Position numbers and translations under genes: made by a program
In this document: positions 8,401-17,579 of the stretch, piece after piece
How positions within the stretch are numbered: position 1 is the stretch's first letter
How the letters are laid out: every line of letters begins with the position of its first letter
Assembly: GCA_044378055.1 (NCBI GenBank)
Contig: JBILXY010000005.1
Location: forward strand, 4,525 to 68,524
Origin: Bdellovibrionales bacterium
GTDB taxonomy: Bacteria > Patescibacteriota > JACMRA01
Direction: 5' to 3'
DNA: 64,000 bases
The notes under the pieces: model-generated
Seen by the model: the letters and a program-made list of their open reading frames with translations, nothing else
Told to the model about the DNA's origin: nothing
The model's database searches: none

Positions 8401-10113
8401 ATGCCTACACCACTTTTTTACATTTCTAAAATGTATGACCAAGTATCTAGAATTAATTCATACATGGTAACCAGCTCGGCTACTATTAATATTGAAGGAG
8501 ATGGAGATACTGAGGATGAATTAAAAAGTATTGGTATCAAACCATTCCAAAAAAATCAAGATGGGATATTAGAAATTGCCAGCAAGCTTGTTTCTATGGA
8601 AAATCCTGAATTAATAATCGCGGTTCATGGTTACAATACTGGTAGAAAAGAAGTGAAAGATTGGTTCGAAAGTATTTCAAATTTTATCAACACCGATGCC
8701 TGGATAAGCAAAGATAATAACAAACTATTTATTGGGTATAGATGGCCTTCTGAAAAAATTGGGGCTGATGAAAGTGGAAATTTTTGGAAAAAAAGCATGG
8801 ACGGTTACAAAGCCATGCCTATTATTTTAAGGGGAATTTTAGGATTTGGTGTAACAGGATTAATTTCCTCAATTTTTCTAATTTATATTTTTAAATTGTT
8901 ATGGCTAGCAGTTCCAATAATTATTTTTACCATCATTTCCAGTTTAATAATAACTTTAGTTTTACTAAGAACCATAGTCTATTTTAGAGATAATTTCAGA
9001 GCCAATAATTATGGAGTTCCAGATTTAGTAGAACTGATAAGGCAAATCGATAAATTAGTGATAGAAACAAGTTCAGAAAAGGCTTGGGAAAATAAAAAAA
9101 TTAAGCTTTCTTTTGTAGGCCACAGCATGGGTGGTTTTGTGGTAACTAACACTGTAAGAATTTTAAGCGATGTTTTTGATACCAAATCAATTGGCGAATT
9201 AAATCAGGAAAACAAACAACCCGATTCAGATATTGGGCATGTTTTTACTTTACAAAGACTTATTCTAGCTTCACCAGACATTCCCGTAGACAGCCTTGTT
9301 CAAGGCAGAGCTAATTATCTCAGTTCTTCCCTTCGAAGGTTCAAGGAAGCCTATTTATTCAGCAATGAAGGGGATCTTGCTTTAAGGCTTGCTTCCACTG
9401 CTGCCAATTATTTTACTTATCCAGCTAAAACTAGAAACAATGGTTATAGATTAGGAAACCTTGTTGTTGAAGCAAAACAATATGGTATTATAAATTTAGA
9501 ACAAATTAATAACCTTGCAAACAAAATGGAATCTAGCGATGTAAAAGATTCTGAAAATTCAATAAGCAGAATGGAGAAAAATAGCTTGGATAAAATTGTA
9601 ATTGGCTATCCTAAAAAAGAGATGCAAAGTTTGAATGAATTGCAAAAGAAACTTGAAACAGTTGGTGATGCTAACCATACCAGACAAGTAGCCTCTTTAT
9701 TTACTTTCATAGACTGCACAGATTACAAAGATTTAACTAACAATCCGAAAAAGTTAGGTCAAAACATTGGCGTTCTAAGTTTTGCTTTAAGAAAAGAAGG
9801 CTTGAATTTACTAGACTATTTCTTGCTTACAATCGGCTATGTTTTTCAGGGTAAAGATGTTCACGGTGGCTATTTTAGTGGAGAAACTAGCAAAACAATG
9901 TTGTACCGATTAGCTTTTATTGGTTTCCAAGATTATTTACATTCAGTTGCGGTTGAGGAATGTAAAAAGGAAATGGAAAAGCGAAACGAGACTTGCAAAA
10001 TTGGCTTGCAGTCTTTATCAGAATTAACCAAGCAAAAAGGTATTCAAATTATACTTTCACCAGAAAGGTATGTGGTTGATGTTTTAGATAAAAAATTAAG
10101 TAGAAACTTTTAG
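8401..10113 (+). CDS. Membrane-associated alpha/beta hydrolase (DUF900-like)
   Basis: AVHGYNTGRKEV, YRWPS and the nucleophile elbow VGHSMGG. About three TM helices (residues ~150-205) sit between them. The ATG at 8401 is preferred over the TTG at 8368. Confidence 0.6.
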   Translation: MPTPLFYISKMYDQVSRINSYMVTSSATINIEGDGDTEDELKSIGIKPFQKNQDGILEIASKLVSMENPELIIAVHGYNTGRKEVKDWFESISNFINTDAWISKDNNKLFIGYRWPSEKIGADESGNFWKKSMDGYKAMPIILRGILGFGVTGLISSIFLIYIFKLLWLAVPIIIFTIISSLIITLVLLRTIVYFRDNFRANNYGVPDLVELIRQIDKLVIETSSEKAWENKKIKLSFVGHSMGGFVVTNTVRILSDVFDTKSIGELNQENKQPDSDIGHVFTLQRLILASPDIPVDSLVQGRANYLSSSLRRFKEAYLFSNEGDLALRLASTAANYFTYPAKTRNNGYRLGNLVVEAKQYGIINLEQINNLANKMESSDVKDSENSISRMEKNSLDKIVIGYPKKEMQSLNELQKKLETVGDANHTRQVASLFTFIDCTDYKDLTNNPKKLGQNIGVLSFALRKEGLNLLDYFLLTIGYVFQGKDVHGGYFSGETSKTMLYRLAFIGFQDYLHSVAVEECKKEMEKRNETCKIGLQSLSELTKQKGIQIILSPERYVVDVLDKKLSRNF

Positions 10114-10117
10114 TTTA

Positions 10118-10984
10118 TTAATCTAATTCACCAAATTTACCTGCGTTAAAATCATTAATTGCGTCAATAATTTGCTGCTTTGTGTTCATCAAAAAAGGGC
10201 CGTAAGATACAATAGGTTCGTTTAAAGGTTCACCACTTAGAACTAAAACTAGAGAGTTATTGTTAGACTTAATTTGAATTGCGTCGCCGTCATTCTTAAA
10301 CAGCACCATTTGATTTTCGGTGATATTTTGATTGTTAATTTCTACTTCTCCTTCCAAAACTAAAACCGAACTATTAAAATTTTGTGGCAACTCGAGATTT
10401 AGATTCGCTTTTGAATTTAACCTTAAAGTTGATAATATAATTGGAGAAAATGTGAAGGCCGGGCCGGTTTTTCCAAACAAATTTCCTGCAATTAACTCGG
10501 CCACTCCACTATTATTTTCCAGTTCAATTTGTGTAATTTTATCTTTTGTAATTGCCTGATATTTTGGCTCGGTCATTTTATCTTTAGCTGGTAAATTTAC
10601 CCAGAGTTGAACCATTTGAAAATCTCCGCCTTTTTTAGCAAATTCTTCTTCGTGATATTCTTTGTGTAAAATTCCACTTCCAGCCGTCATCCACTGCACT
10701 TCACCTTGGCCAATTATTCCACTATTTCCAAAGCTATCATGGTGGGAAACTTTGCCCTCGTAAGCTATAGTAACAGTTTCAAAACCCCGATGCGGATGAG
10801 AGCCAACTCCTTTAGTTTTTTCTGAAGGTGGAAAGTAAGTTGTAGCCCCATAATCGAGCATTACAAAGGGTGAAATTCTATCCATAGAAATTGCCGACGG
10901 AATAAAATTATGAACTTTAAAGCCATCCCCAACCCAGTGATGAGGAGGTGGGTTAAATACAGATTCAATAGTGCGAGGAGACAT
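10118..10984 (-). CDS. Pirin family protein
   Basis: HPHRGFETVTIAYEGKVSHHDSFGNSG...VQWMTAGSGILHKE is the pirin cupin signature. Confidence 0.9.
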   Translation of the reverse strand: MSPRTIESVFNPPPHHWVGDGFKVHNFIPSAISMDRISPFVMLDYGATTYFPPSEKTKGVGSHPHRGFETVTIAYEGKVSHHDSFGNSGIIGQGEVQWMTAGSGILHKEYHEEEFAKKGGDFQMVQLWVNLPAKDKMTEPKYQAITKDKITQIELENNSGVAELIAGNLFGKTGPAFTFSPIILSTLRLNSKANLNLELPQNFNSSVLVLEGEVEINNQNITENQMVLFKNDGDAIQIKSNNNSLVLVLSGEPLNEPIVSYGPFLMNTKQQIIDAINDFNAGKFGELD

Positions 10985-11180
10985 AGTTTAGTTATTAAAT
11001 TTATTATCTACCCAGATTTGTTTTAAGTAAAGTCAACATCGCATTTATCATAATAATAGTTTAAATATTATGATATAATATGTCTATGTTTAAGGGTTAA
11101 TAAAAACATAGCTTCCTTGTTGATTATTGATAATCTTGAAGTAACTTGATTAAAAACCCAAACATAATTATTCCACTTTC

Positions 11181-11852
11181 ATGAGTTTAAATGTGCAAAT
11201 TGAACCAGGGTGGAAAGATGTTTTGCAGGAATATTTTAACAAGCCAGAATTTGAAGAATTAACTAATTTTGTTAAAACCGAGTATCAATCTAGGAAGGTT
11301 TTTCCCCTTCCTGAAAATATTTTTAAAGCATTTTGGAATACTCCTTTTTCTAAAGTGAAAGTAGTAATTTTAGGCCAAGACCCATATCATGGACAAGAAC
11401 AAGCACATGGTTTGGCTTTTTCGGTTCAGGATGGAGTAAAAGTTCCACCTTCGCTTCAAAATATTTATAAAGAAATTGAGGCCGAATTTGGAATTAAAAA
11501 AGATTTTACAAGTGGAAATTTAGAGGGATGGACAAAACAAGGAGTTTTTTTGTTAAACAGCGTTTTAACTGTGGTTGAAAATATCCCTGCTTCGCACCAA
11601 AAGAAAGGCTGGGAGGGTTTTACAGATTATGCTATAGAAAGTCTGTCCAAAGAAAAAGAGGGTCTAGTTTTCATGCTGTGGGGAAATTTTGCTAAATCCA
11701 AAGCAAGTTTAATTGATGAAAATAAACATCTAATTCTAACAGCACCTCACCCTTCCCCATTTTCAGCCCACACCGGCTTTTTCGGCTGCAACCATTTTAA
11801 GCTTTGCAATGAGTATTTGGTGAGCAAAGGAGAGATTCAAGTAGATTGGTAA
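11181..11852 (+). CDS. ung: Uracil-DNA glycosylase (family 1)
   Basis: VVILGQDPYHG, GLAFSV, GVFLLNSVLTV and HPSPFSA motifs. Confidence 0.93.
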   Translation: MSLNVQIEPGWKDVLQEYFNKPEFEELTNFVKTEYQSRKVFPLPENIFKAFWNTPFSKVKVVILGQDPYHGQEQAHGLAFSVQDGVKVPPSLQNIYKEIEAEFGIKKDFTSGNLEGWTKQGVFLLNSVLTVVENIPASHQKKGWEGFTDYAIESLSKEKEGLVFMLWGNFAKSKASLIDENKHLILTAPHPSPFSAHTGFFGCNHFKLCNEYLVSKGEIQVDW

Positions 11853-11995
11853 ATTCAAGTTTTTTTAAGATATTATACAAACAATTATATTATTGCAGTC
11901 ACAAAATAAGTAAATAAGTTTGATTGACAATAAGTTATATTTTAAAACAACATCCAGCCTATAAATTTTATAATTTCAATTAATTCAACTATCAT

Positions 11996-12643
11996 ATGTA
12001 TAACAAACTTTTGTATGGAGCAATCCTAATTTTTATTGGTGTAAGTATTTTTTTAAGCCTAGTTTTTAACATTAGCATTGGGCAGTTTTGGCCATTATTC
12101 ATAATTATTCCTGGTATATTTTCTTTGTTTCAAAGAGGGAATCAGCCAATTGGATCGATTATTATAATTACTGTTGGAAGTTTATTTTTACTCGGAAGTT
12201 TAGATATTTTAAATCGGGATTCATTTAAGTATATTATTCCAGCTATTTTTGTAGGTCTTGGTCTTTATGTAATATTTTGGAAAAGTAAGCCAGCTCCCTC
12301 TAGCGATCAAAATCAGATTTCATATTTGGCGGTTATGGGTGGTGCTAAAGACGCAGTAAAGAGCAAAGATTTTCAAGGTGGAAGTATAATGGCTATTATG
12401 GGAGGTGCTGAGATTGATTTGGTCGGGGCAAATATATCCGGCAAAGAAGCTAGTCTTGAGATTATTTCGGTAATGGGTGGTGTAGATCTGAAACTACCTT
12501 TAGACTGGGAAGTAAAAATTACAGGGGTGCCAATCTTAGGCGGTTGGGATAATGCAACTACAAATCAAGTTTCAGTACCAAAAACTAAAATACTTAATAT
12601 AGCAATAACTTCAATAATGGGCGGTGTTTCTATTAGAAACTAA
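11996..12643 (+). CDS. LiaF-like (DUF2154) membrane protein
   Basis: N-terminal TM helices, then repeated MGG(A/V)xxDL blocks typical of the LiaF C-terminal domain. Confidence 0.55.
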   Translation: MYNKLLYGAILIFIGVSIFLSLVFNISIGQFWPLFIIIPGIFSLFQRGNQPIGSIIIITVGSLFLLGSLDILNRDSFKYIIPAIFVGLGLYVIFWKSKPAPSSDQNQISYLAVMGGAKDAVKSKDFQGGSIMAIMGGAEIDLVGANISGKEASLEIISVMGGVDLKLPLDWEVKITGVPILGGWDNATTNQVSVPKTKILNIAITSIMGGVSIRN

Positions 12644-13017
12644 TTAAATATAGAAAAGCTACACAACAACATTACAACTGTAATTGGTTGCCAAAGTTTT
12701 CTTTCCTTTTTACTTTGGGTTGCAGAATTGGCAATTACAGCCAAAACATTAAAACCAATAATAAACCATTTTATAAAATCTGGAAATTTAAAATTGGTAG
12801 GTAAAATTTGGGTTGAATCGACAACAAACAAAGCAAAAAAAGACAAAATTAGTATGGATATAAACGGGGCAATTCGTATTTTAATTGGAAGCACACCTTT
12901 ATTGTATCCACCCATAGTCCACTCTCCCCAAGGTTTTCCAAAAACCAAACCAACTTGAAAAAGTATGGTGAAAAGTAAAAGGACAAGATAAATAACAGCG
13001 ACTGAAATTGTGAGCAT
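12640..13017 (-). CDS. Hypothetical membrane protein
   Basis: Four predicted TM helices. The start is set at the internal ATG (MLTISVAV) to avoid a 43-nt overlap with the upstream gene. Confidence 0.4.
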   Translation of the reverse strand: MLTISVAVIYLVLLLFTILFQVGLVFGKPWGEWTMGGYNKGVLPIKIRIAPFISILILSFFALFVVDSTQILPTNFKFPDFIKWFIIGFNVLAVIANSATQSKKERKLWQPITVVMLLCSFSIFN

Positions 13018-13055
13018 AATTGATTGGGTTTTTAATTGAAGTATTTGTCCACTTA

Positions 13056-13826
13056 TTAAATATCTTTTACATTCCTTACCGCGTGTTTTAAAATCCATTG
13101 GGTATTTTTGTTTGAAGAATCTTTATACTTCTCGATAAACTTAAAACCGACTTTTGCATTAACTTTAAAATAATCAGCAATGTTATTGGCCACCGATTTT
13201 TGAACAAATTTTATGTCGTCTTGAATTAAATTATCTAATATTTTAAATACTGGTTCTGGCTTAAAAATAAAATTATCCAATTTGGTGGACCAAGGTAATT
13301 TCGCTCTACAACCTTCTGCAGAAAGTCTTCTAAGGTGAAAGTTCTTTGATAAACTCCACTTCAACATTACTTCCATAGTTTTCTCAGGATATTTTCGAAT
13401 AAATGGCCTTATAGCGTATTCCCCAGTGTTCCTTTTGGTAATTTCCTGAATTGCTTTTATTGATGTTTCAAATTCATCAAGCCCATATGTTTCAACAAAT
13501 TTTGCAATAGGCATTATCCAATAAAAGTTGGTAAACATCCCAGTTTCATTTGGGTTTTCCTCGCCCAGAACACTCATTAAAATTTCTATAGCTTTAATAT
13601 AATTACTTGGCAAAAGTTGGTGTAAAATTTCAGAGTGTAGTTGAATTCTTTGGGTATAGCTTAAACCAACACATTTTAAACTAATGATTTCAACATATTT
13701 TTTTGCATCAAACTGAGGATAAACTGCTAGAATTTTTTCACCTAACAAGATAGCTAAATTTGTACCAAACCACTTTGTTATGCTTTTATCTTCTTGCAAT
13801 GTTGAACTTTTTTCTGGATTATTCAT
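13056..13826 (-). CDS. DNA alkylation repair enzyme (AlkD/AlkC-like HEAT repeat family)
   Basis: FHLRRLSAEGCRAKLPWS and ...DDIKFVQKSVANNIAD match the family as recalled (RLxSEGxRPxLPW, ...VxxSVaNxLND). Confidence 0.75.
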   Translation of the reverse strand: MNNPEKSSTLQEDKSITKWFGTNLAILLGEKILAVYPQFDAKKYVEIISLKCVGLSYTQRIQLHSEILHQLLPSNYIKAIEILMSVLGEENPNETGMFTNFYWIMPIAKFVETYGLDEFETSIKAIQEITKRNTGEYAIRPFIRKYPEKTMEVMLKWSLSKNFHLRRLSAEGCRAKLPWSTKLDNFIFKPEPVFKILDNLIQDDIKFVQKSVANNIADYFKVNAKVGFKFIEKYKDSSNKNTQWILKHAVRNVKDI

Positions 13827-13834
13827 ATTCTAAT

Positions 13835-14377
13835 TTAAACTAATTTCAAATATTTATTGGCTCTGTTGGCAACCGATTTTCTGGTGTCTTTGCTAAGTTT
13901 TTCTAATTGTGGTTTTAGCCAAGGTTTAAGTTCAGGATATTTTTGAGAATAGCCAACCAAGGCTTCCATGGTGAAATTGAGCACTATCCAATCTGTGGAA
14001 TTTATCAGATTGTTTTTTAAAATATCGACCACTTCTAGTCTTTGCTTTTCAGTTACAAACTTATCTAAAATCATAAATAACTGAGCAAAAGTCCACTGGG
14101 TTGAGGCTTGGTTTATTTTAGAAATCTTGCTTATAAATTGGTCTAAAAATGGCACAACTAATTCTGGTTTTGCTTTAGCAATTCTTTTAAAAGCGTTGGA
14201 AACCCTCAACCGCACAATTTCGTCTGTTGAAAAATAGCAATCATAAAGCTCTTGAATTCTTTTAGGTTTTTGCAGAATTTCTTCCACAACCAAAATAGTA
14301 TTTCCAAGCGAATTTGGGTGACCGCCAGTTAAAGCAATTTCAAAATTTGTTAGATTTGGTAATTCTTTGTTTTGCAT
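13835..14377 (-). CDS. Hypothetical helical-repeat (HEAT-like) protein
   Basis: All-helical composition, adjacent to the AlkD-like gene. No firm motif. Confidence 0.35.
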   Translation of the reverse strand: MQNKELPNLTNFEIALTGGHPNSLGNTILVVEEILQKPKRIQELYDCYFSTDEIVRLRVSNAFKRIAKAKPELVVPFLDQFISKISKINQASTQWTFAQLFMILDKFVTEKQRLEVVDILKNNLINSTDWIVLNFTMEALVGYSQKYPELKPWLKPQLEKLSKDTRKSVANRANKYLKLV

Positions 14378-14390
14378 AAATTATTTAAAA

Positions 14391-14780
14391 TTAACCAACT
14401 GGTGTACACAATTCAACTAAAAATCCATTTAGATCTTTCAAATATCCAACAGTCTGTCCCCAAGGTTTGGCTTCTGGTTCCTTAACAATTTCCGCCCCAG
14501 CATCCACCGCATTTTTATAATCTGTTTCAATTTTTTCAGTTACAAAAGTAAGTTCAAAAGCTGGCGAAGCTAATTTTTTGTCATGCTTGTTAATTTCAAC
14601 ACCGTTATATTCTGGAATAGAATAATCTGCAAAAGCCAAAGTTGTGGTGCCTGTATCAAGCTCGCCATAATCTTTTTCAGGGGTTATAAATTTTTGTTGA
14701 AATCCAAATGCCTTTTCATAAAAAGCCAAGGTTTCTTCAACATTTTCTACATAAAGTATGGTGTAACTGTATTTTAACAT
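14391..14780 (-). CDS. VOC / glyoxalase-bleomycin resistance family protein
   Basis: ILYVENVEETLAFYEKAFGF...PWGQTVGYLKDLNGFLVEL is the typical VOC fold pattern. Confidence 0.8.
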   Translation of the reverse strand: MLKYSYTILYVENVEETLAFYEKAFGFQQKFITPEKDYGELDTGTTTLAFADYSIPEYNGVEINKHDKKLASPAFELTFVTEKIETDYKNAVDAGAEIVKEPEAKPWGQTVGYLKDLNGFLVELCTPVG

Positions 14781-14786
14781 AAAAAT

Positions 14787-15086
14787 TTAATTTAGAAGAT
14801 TTATTTCTTGACCCTTGGTCGGCATTTCTAATAATAATGGGATGGCTTGTGAGATCAATTCTTTTACACCTGCAACTGATAGTGACAAATCATGGTCTTG
14901 TTTACTATCCCAGATTTCTGTAATATAAACCGTGTTATCTTCCTGTTCGCTTTGTCCCACAGCATAAAGCTGACAACCTTTGGCTTTGACTAGTATCATT
15001 TTTGAGGCTTGGAGCATTATCTCTGTTAGCTGATCAAGAAGTCCAGGCTTGGCAATGAGTTTTCCTTGAAATAGGTATTTTGGCAT
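14787..15086 (-). CDS. Antibiotic-biosynthesis-monooxygenase (ABM) domain protein
   Basis: 99 aa. ...GCQLYAVGQSEQEDNTVYITEIWDSKQDHDLSL fits the ABM / quinol monooxygenase pattern. Confidence 0.65.
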   Translation of the reverse strand: MPKYLFQGKLIAKPGLLDQLTEIMLQASKMILVKAKGCQLYAVGQSEQEDNTVYITEIWDSKQDHDLSLSVAGVKELISQAIPLLLEMPTKGQEINLLN

Positions 15087-15099
15087 AAATGCTTTTGAG

Positions 15100-15318
15100 T
15101 TATTTTGTAAACAATTTTTCCATCTTGTAATATTGACCCTTGGTTAGAAAAACTCGATGTATATTTGGACTATCAGTTGCCCCTGTAAGACAGGCAGTTT
15201 GGCTGATACCCCAACTAATTATTTTCATGGAAGTCACATCTAAATCAATGTAGTAATAAGATTTTAACATAAATGAATAATGCAAACTTACAAAATATTT
15301 TCTACTAATAAATGTCAA
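15100..15318 (-). CDS. Doubtful ORF (72 aa)
   Basis: ORF only, with odd composition. May be non-coding. Confidence 0.15.
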   Translation of the reverse strand: MTFISRKYFVSLHYSFMLKSYYYIDLDVTSMKIISWGISQTACLTGATDSPNIHRVFLTKGQYYKMEKLFTK

Positions 15319-15329
15319 TTTTAAAAACC

Positions 15330-15707
15330 CTAAATAGCTTTCCTTAAAATCTTGTCCATACTTTTACCCTTAGCTAGTTCATCAATTAATTTATCTAAAT
15401 ACCGAATTTCTTTCATTAGCGGTTCTTGAATTTCTTCTATCCTTACCCCACAAATAACACCTTTTATTAAAGTTCGAAGCGGATTAAGTTTAGCCTGGGC
15501 AAAAAATTCTTCAAAATTTACCATGTTTACAATCTGTTTTTCAAATTCTTTTTGAGTGTAACCTGTAAGCCATAAAATGATTTCATCCACCTCAGCCTTA
15601 GTTCGGTTTTTTCTTTCAGCTTTTTGGATGTAAAGTTTATAAACACTGGCAAAAGACATGTCATAAATTCTTGGCCTGATTAGTTTCGAAGAAGAGATGT
15701 TTGGCAT
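15330..15707 (-). CDS. DUF2200 domain protein
   Basis: [37 protein letters not shown]...[22 protein letters not shown] closely follows the DUF2200 consensus as recalled. Confidence 0.8.
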   Translation of the reverse strand: MPNISSSKLIRPRIYDMSFASVYKLYIQKAERKNRTKAEVDEIILWLTGYTQKEFEKQIVNMVNFEEFFAQAKLNPLRTLIKGVICGVRIEEIQEPLMKEIRYLDKLIDELAKGKSMDKILRKAI

Positions 15708-15780
15708 AAATTAATTTCCAATATAACTTATCTATTTAGATTCAAATTGTAAACAAAAAATATCTAATACTTAGGATATC

Positions 15781-15890
15781 CTAGATAGGGGAACATAAGT
15801 GAAGCGAGGGAAGTACCCCTGGTAAGGGGTCAGAGTTTGAAAAACTCTGGGGGTAGCAAGGGGACAAGCCGCAGGCTTGGGGGGTAGCCA
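15781..15890 (+). repeat. GC-rich multi-hairpin element, family 1, copy A
   Basis: CCTAGATAGGGG ... GTACCCCTGGTAAGGGGT (15813-15830), then CAGAGTTT-GAA-AAACTCTG, GGGGTAGC, AAGCC-GCA-GGCTT, GGGGGGTAGCC. Confidence 0.9.
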
Positions 15891-15905
15891 GATTTTCAAA
15901 TGAAA

Positions 15906-16310
15906 CTATCGGAGCATTTTAGCCCAAACCTTATTCATCTTTTCATCGAAAGTGTGAAGCTTTCTATTTTCTGTTTTAGCTAAGACCAAATTGTAATTAT
16001 CTTCTAATCCTAAAGTATTTTGCTGTGACAAGCTTAAAGCCTTTACTAATATATCTTCATTTTCAAACTCTACCATTGTTGATAAATACAAGTTTTCCAA
16101 AAAAGTTACAATTTCAGTTTCTTGCCATTTGTAAACTTTGGTAAGCACCCACAAAAATTCAAACACAGAAACCAAACTTACCCTTACACTTTCACCATTT
16201 GTTTTACATTTAATTAGAAAGTTAGAAACAATATTAGACTGCTCAGAATTTTTCTCTACTGCTAGTCTTACAAGATAATTTGTATCAATAAGGTGTAAAT
16301 TATTTGCCAT
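15906..16310 (-). CDS. PIN-domain toxin (VapC-like)
   Basis: N-terminus LIDTNYLVRL carries the first acidic PIN residue. About 134 aa. The ATG at 16310 overlaps the upstream antitoxin stop by 11 nt. Confidence 0.7.
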   Translation of the reverse strand: MANNLHLIDTNYLVRLAVEKNSEQSNIVSNFLIKCKTNGESVRVSLVSVFEFLWVLTKVYKWQETEIVTFLENLYLSTMVEFENEDILVKALSLSQQNTLGLEDNYNLVLAKTENRKLHTFDEKMNKVWAKMLR

Positions 16311-16593
16311 ATATACTACCATATTTATCTTTTATAAATTCAGTTTTACCCTTTTCAATAAGTGCTTCTAGCTCTTCATTTGTAAGATTTTTAAACTGTT
16401 TTGGAACTTCTAAAGATCCTTGTAATTTTTTTAGTTCTTCAATTGGGTTAACTATCTGGTATTCACCGTGAATAGTTTTAACTATTAAAAGGCTATTTTG
16501 CGAAGTTTTAGACACATCAATATCCAACTCTTTTAACAAAGCAACTGGAATAGTAACTTGATTCTTAGAAGAAATCTTTAACTTATAAGTCAT
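16300..16593 (-). CDS. AbrB/SpoVT/MazE-type antitoxin
   Basis: MTYKLKISSKNQVTIPVALLKELDI is a looped-hinge-helix (SpoVT-AbrB) motif. Translationally coupled to the PIN gene. Confidence 0.7.
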   Translation of the reverse strand: MTYKLKISSKNQVTIPVALLKELDIDVSKTSQNSLLIVKTIHGEYQIVNPIEELKKLQGSLEVPKQFKNLTNEELEALIEKGKTEFIKDKYGSIYGK

Positions 16594-16680
16594 AGTAAAG
16601 GAATTGTATTAAAAGTAAGGGGAAATGTCAACCACCGCTAATTCTAAGCTTAGTAAACTGCCCCGATTGCTACGCAATAA

Positions 16681-16759
16681 CCCCTAAATAGGGGTACATT
16701 AGTGAAGCGGAGGAAAAGTACCCCTGGTAAGGGGTCAGAGCGTAGCTCTGGGGGTAGCC
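16681..16759 (+). repeat. GC-rich multi-hairpin element, family 1, copy B
   Basis: CCCCTAAATAGGGG ... AGTGAAGCGG ... GTACCCCTGGTAAGGGGT (16718-16735), then CAGAGC-GTA-GCTCTG, GGGGTAGCC. Confidence 0.9.
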
Positions 16760-16770
16760 GTTAGCTAAAT

Positions 16771-17541
16771 TTATATTGGCCAATCGTAATTAGGAATAAA
16801 CAATCTTATTGTGTAGTATAATAGTAGTGTTATAAACATGAGTGCCATACCAATAAATATACCAGGCATATTTTGTTTTAAAAAATATACAACTATTCCG
16901 TCCAAAGGCCTACCAAAAATATCATTTTTATCAATTGCATTTAGTACAAAAATAAACTTTCTCTTATTAAAATTTTTTTGTATGAGTGTGCCAATTTTAT
17001 CTATAATGAAAGGTGTAAAGATAATTATTATATTTAAGTATAAAAAATTCCATTTAAGTAAATACCAAAGAAATAGCAAAATTAAAACTGCAACCAAAAT
17101 AGGTAATATAAACAAAATGAAGTTTGAATCGTTAGTAAATCTGTATTGCAAAAATTTATCAATAAAGCCTCTTCTTTTCTTACATACATAATCTATCTCC
17201 TTTAATATTTTTTGGTATTCTCTAATTGTTGTAAGATCTGATAATGATACTTCAAAAATATAACCGTCTGAGTAATTTTTACGAATGTTTATTGATTCAA
17301 TTAATTTTGATGTTGAAGAGTAGTCATTAAATGATAAACTAAAACCATCTTCTTCATAATTTTTAACTTCATCTAATATTTCATGCCATTGTTTATCGTT
17401 GGTTAAATCAGAAACTTTACACTTTATTCTAAAAAAAGAAATTTCTCTAGAACCATCAATATAATTTAAAATAAACTTTTTCAATTCGTTTAAACTAATT
17501 TTTGATGGATGTGTAATTTTGACCTCTGTTGATGGGTACAT
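16771..17541 (-). CDS. Hypothetical protein: ~140-aa soluble N-domain plus 3-4 C-terminal TM helices
   Basis: ORF only. The hydrophobic stretches ILFILPILVAVLILLFLWYLL, LYLNIIIIFTPFII and GIFIGMALMFITLLLYY are visible. Confidence 0.5.
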   Translation of the reverse strand: MYPSTEVKITHPSKISLNELKKFILNYIDGSREISFFRIKCKVSDLTNDKQWHEILDEVKNYEEDGFSLSFNDYSSTSKLIESINIRKNYSDGYIFEVSLSDLTTIREYQKILKEIDYVCKKRRGFIDKFLQYRFTNDSNFILFILPILVAVLILLFLWYLLKWNFLYLNIIIIFTPFIIDKIGTLIQKNFNKRKFIFVLNAIDKNDIFGRPLDGIVVYFLKQNMPGIFIGMALMFITLLLYYTIRLFIPNYDWPI

Positions 17542-17579
17542 ACTTATAAAAGGATATATTTAATCATTTATGTCCATTG

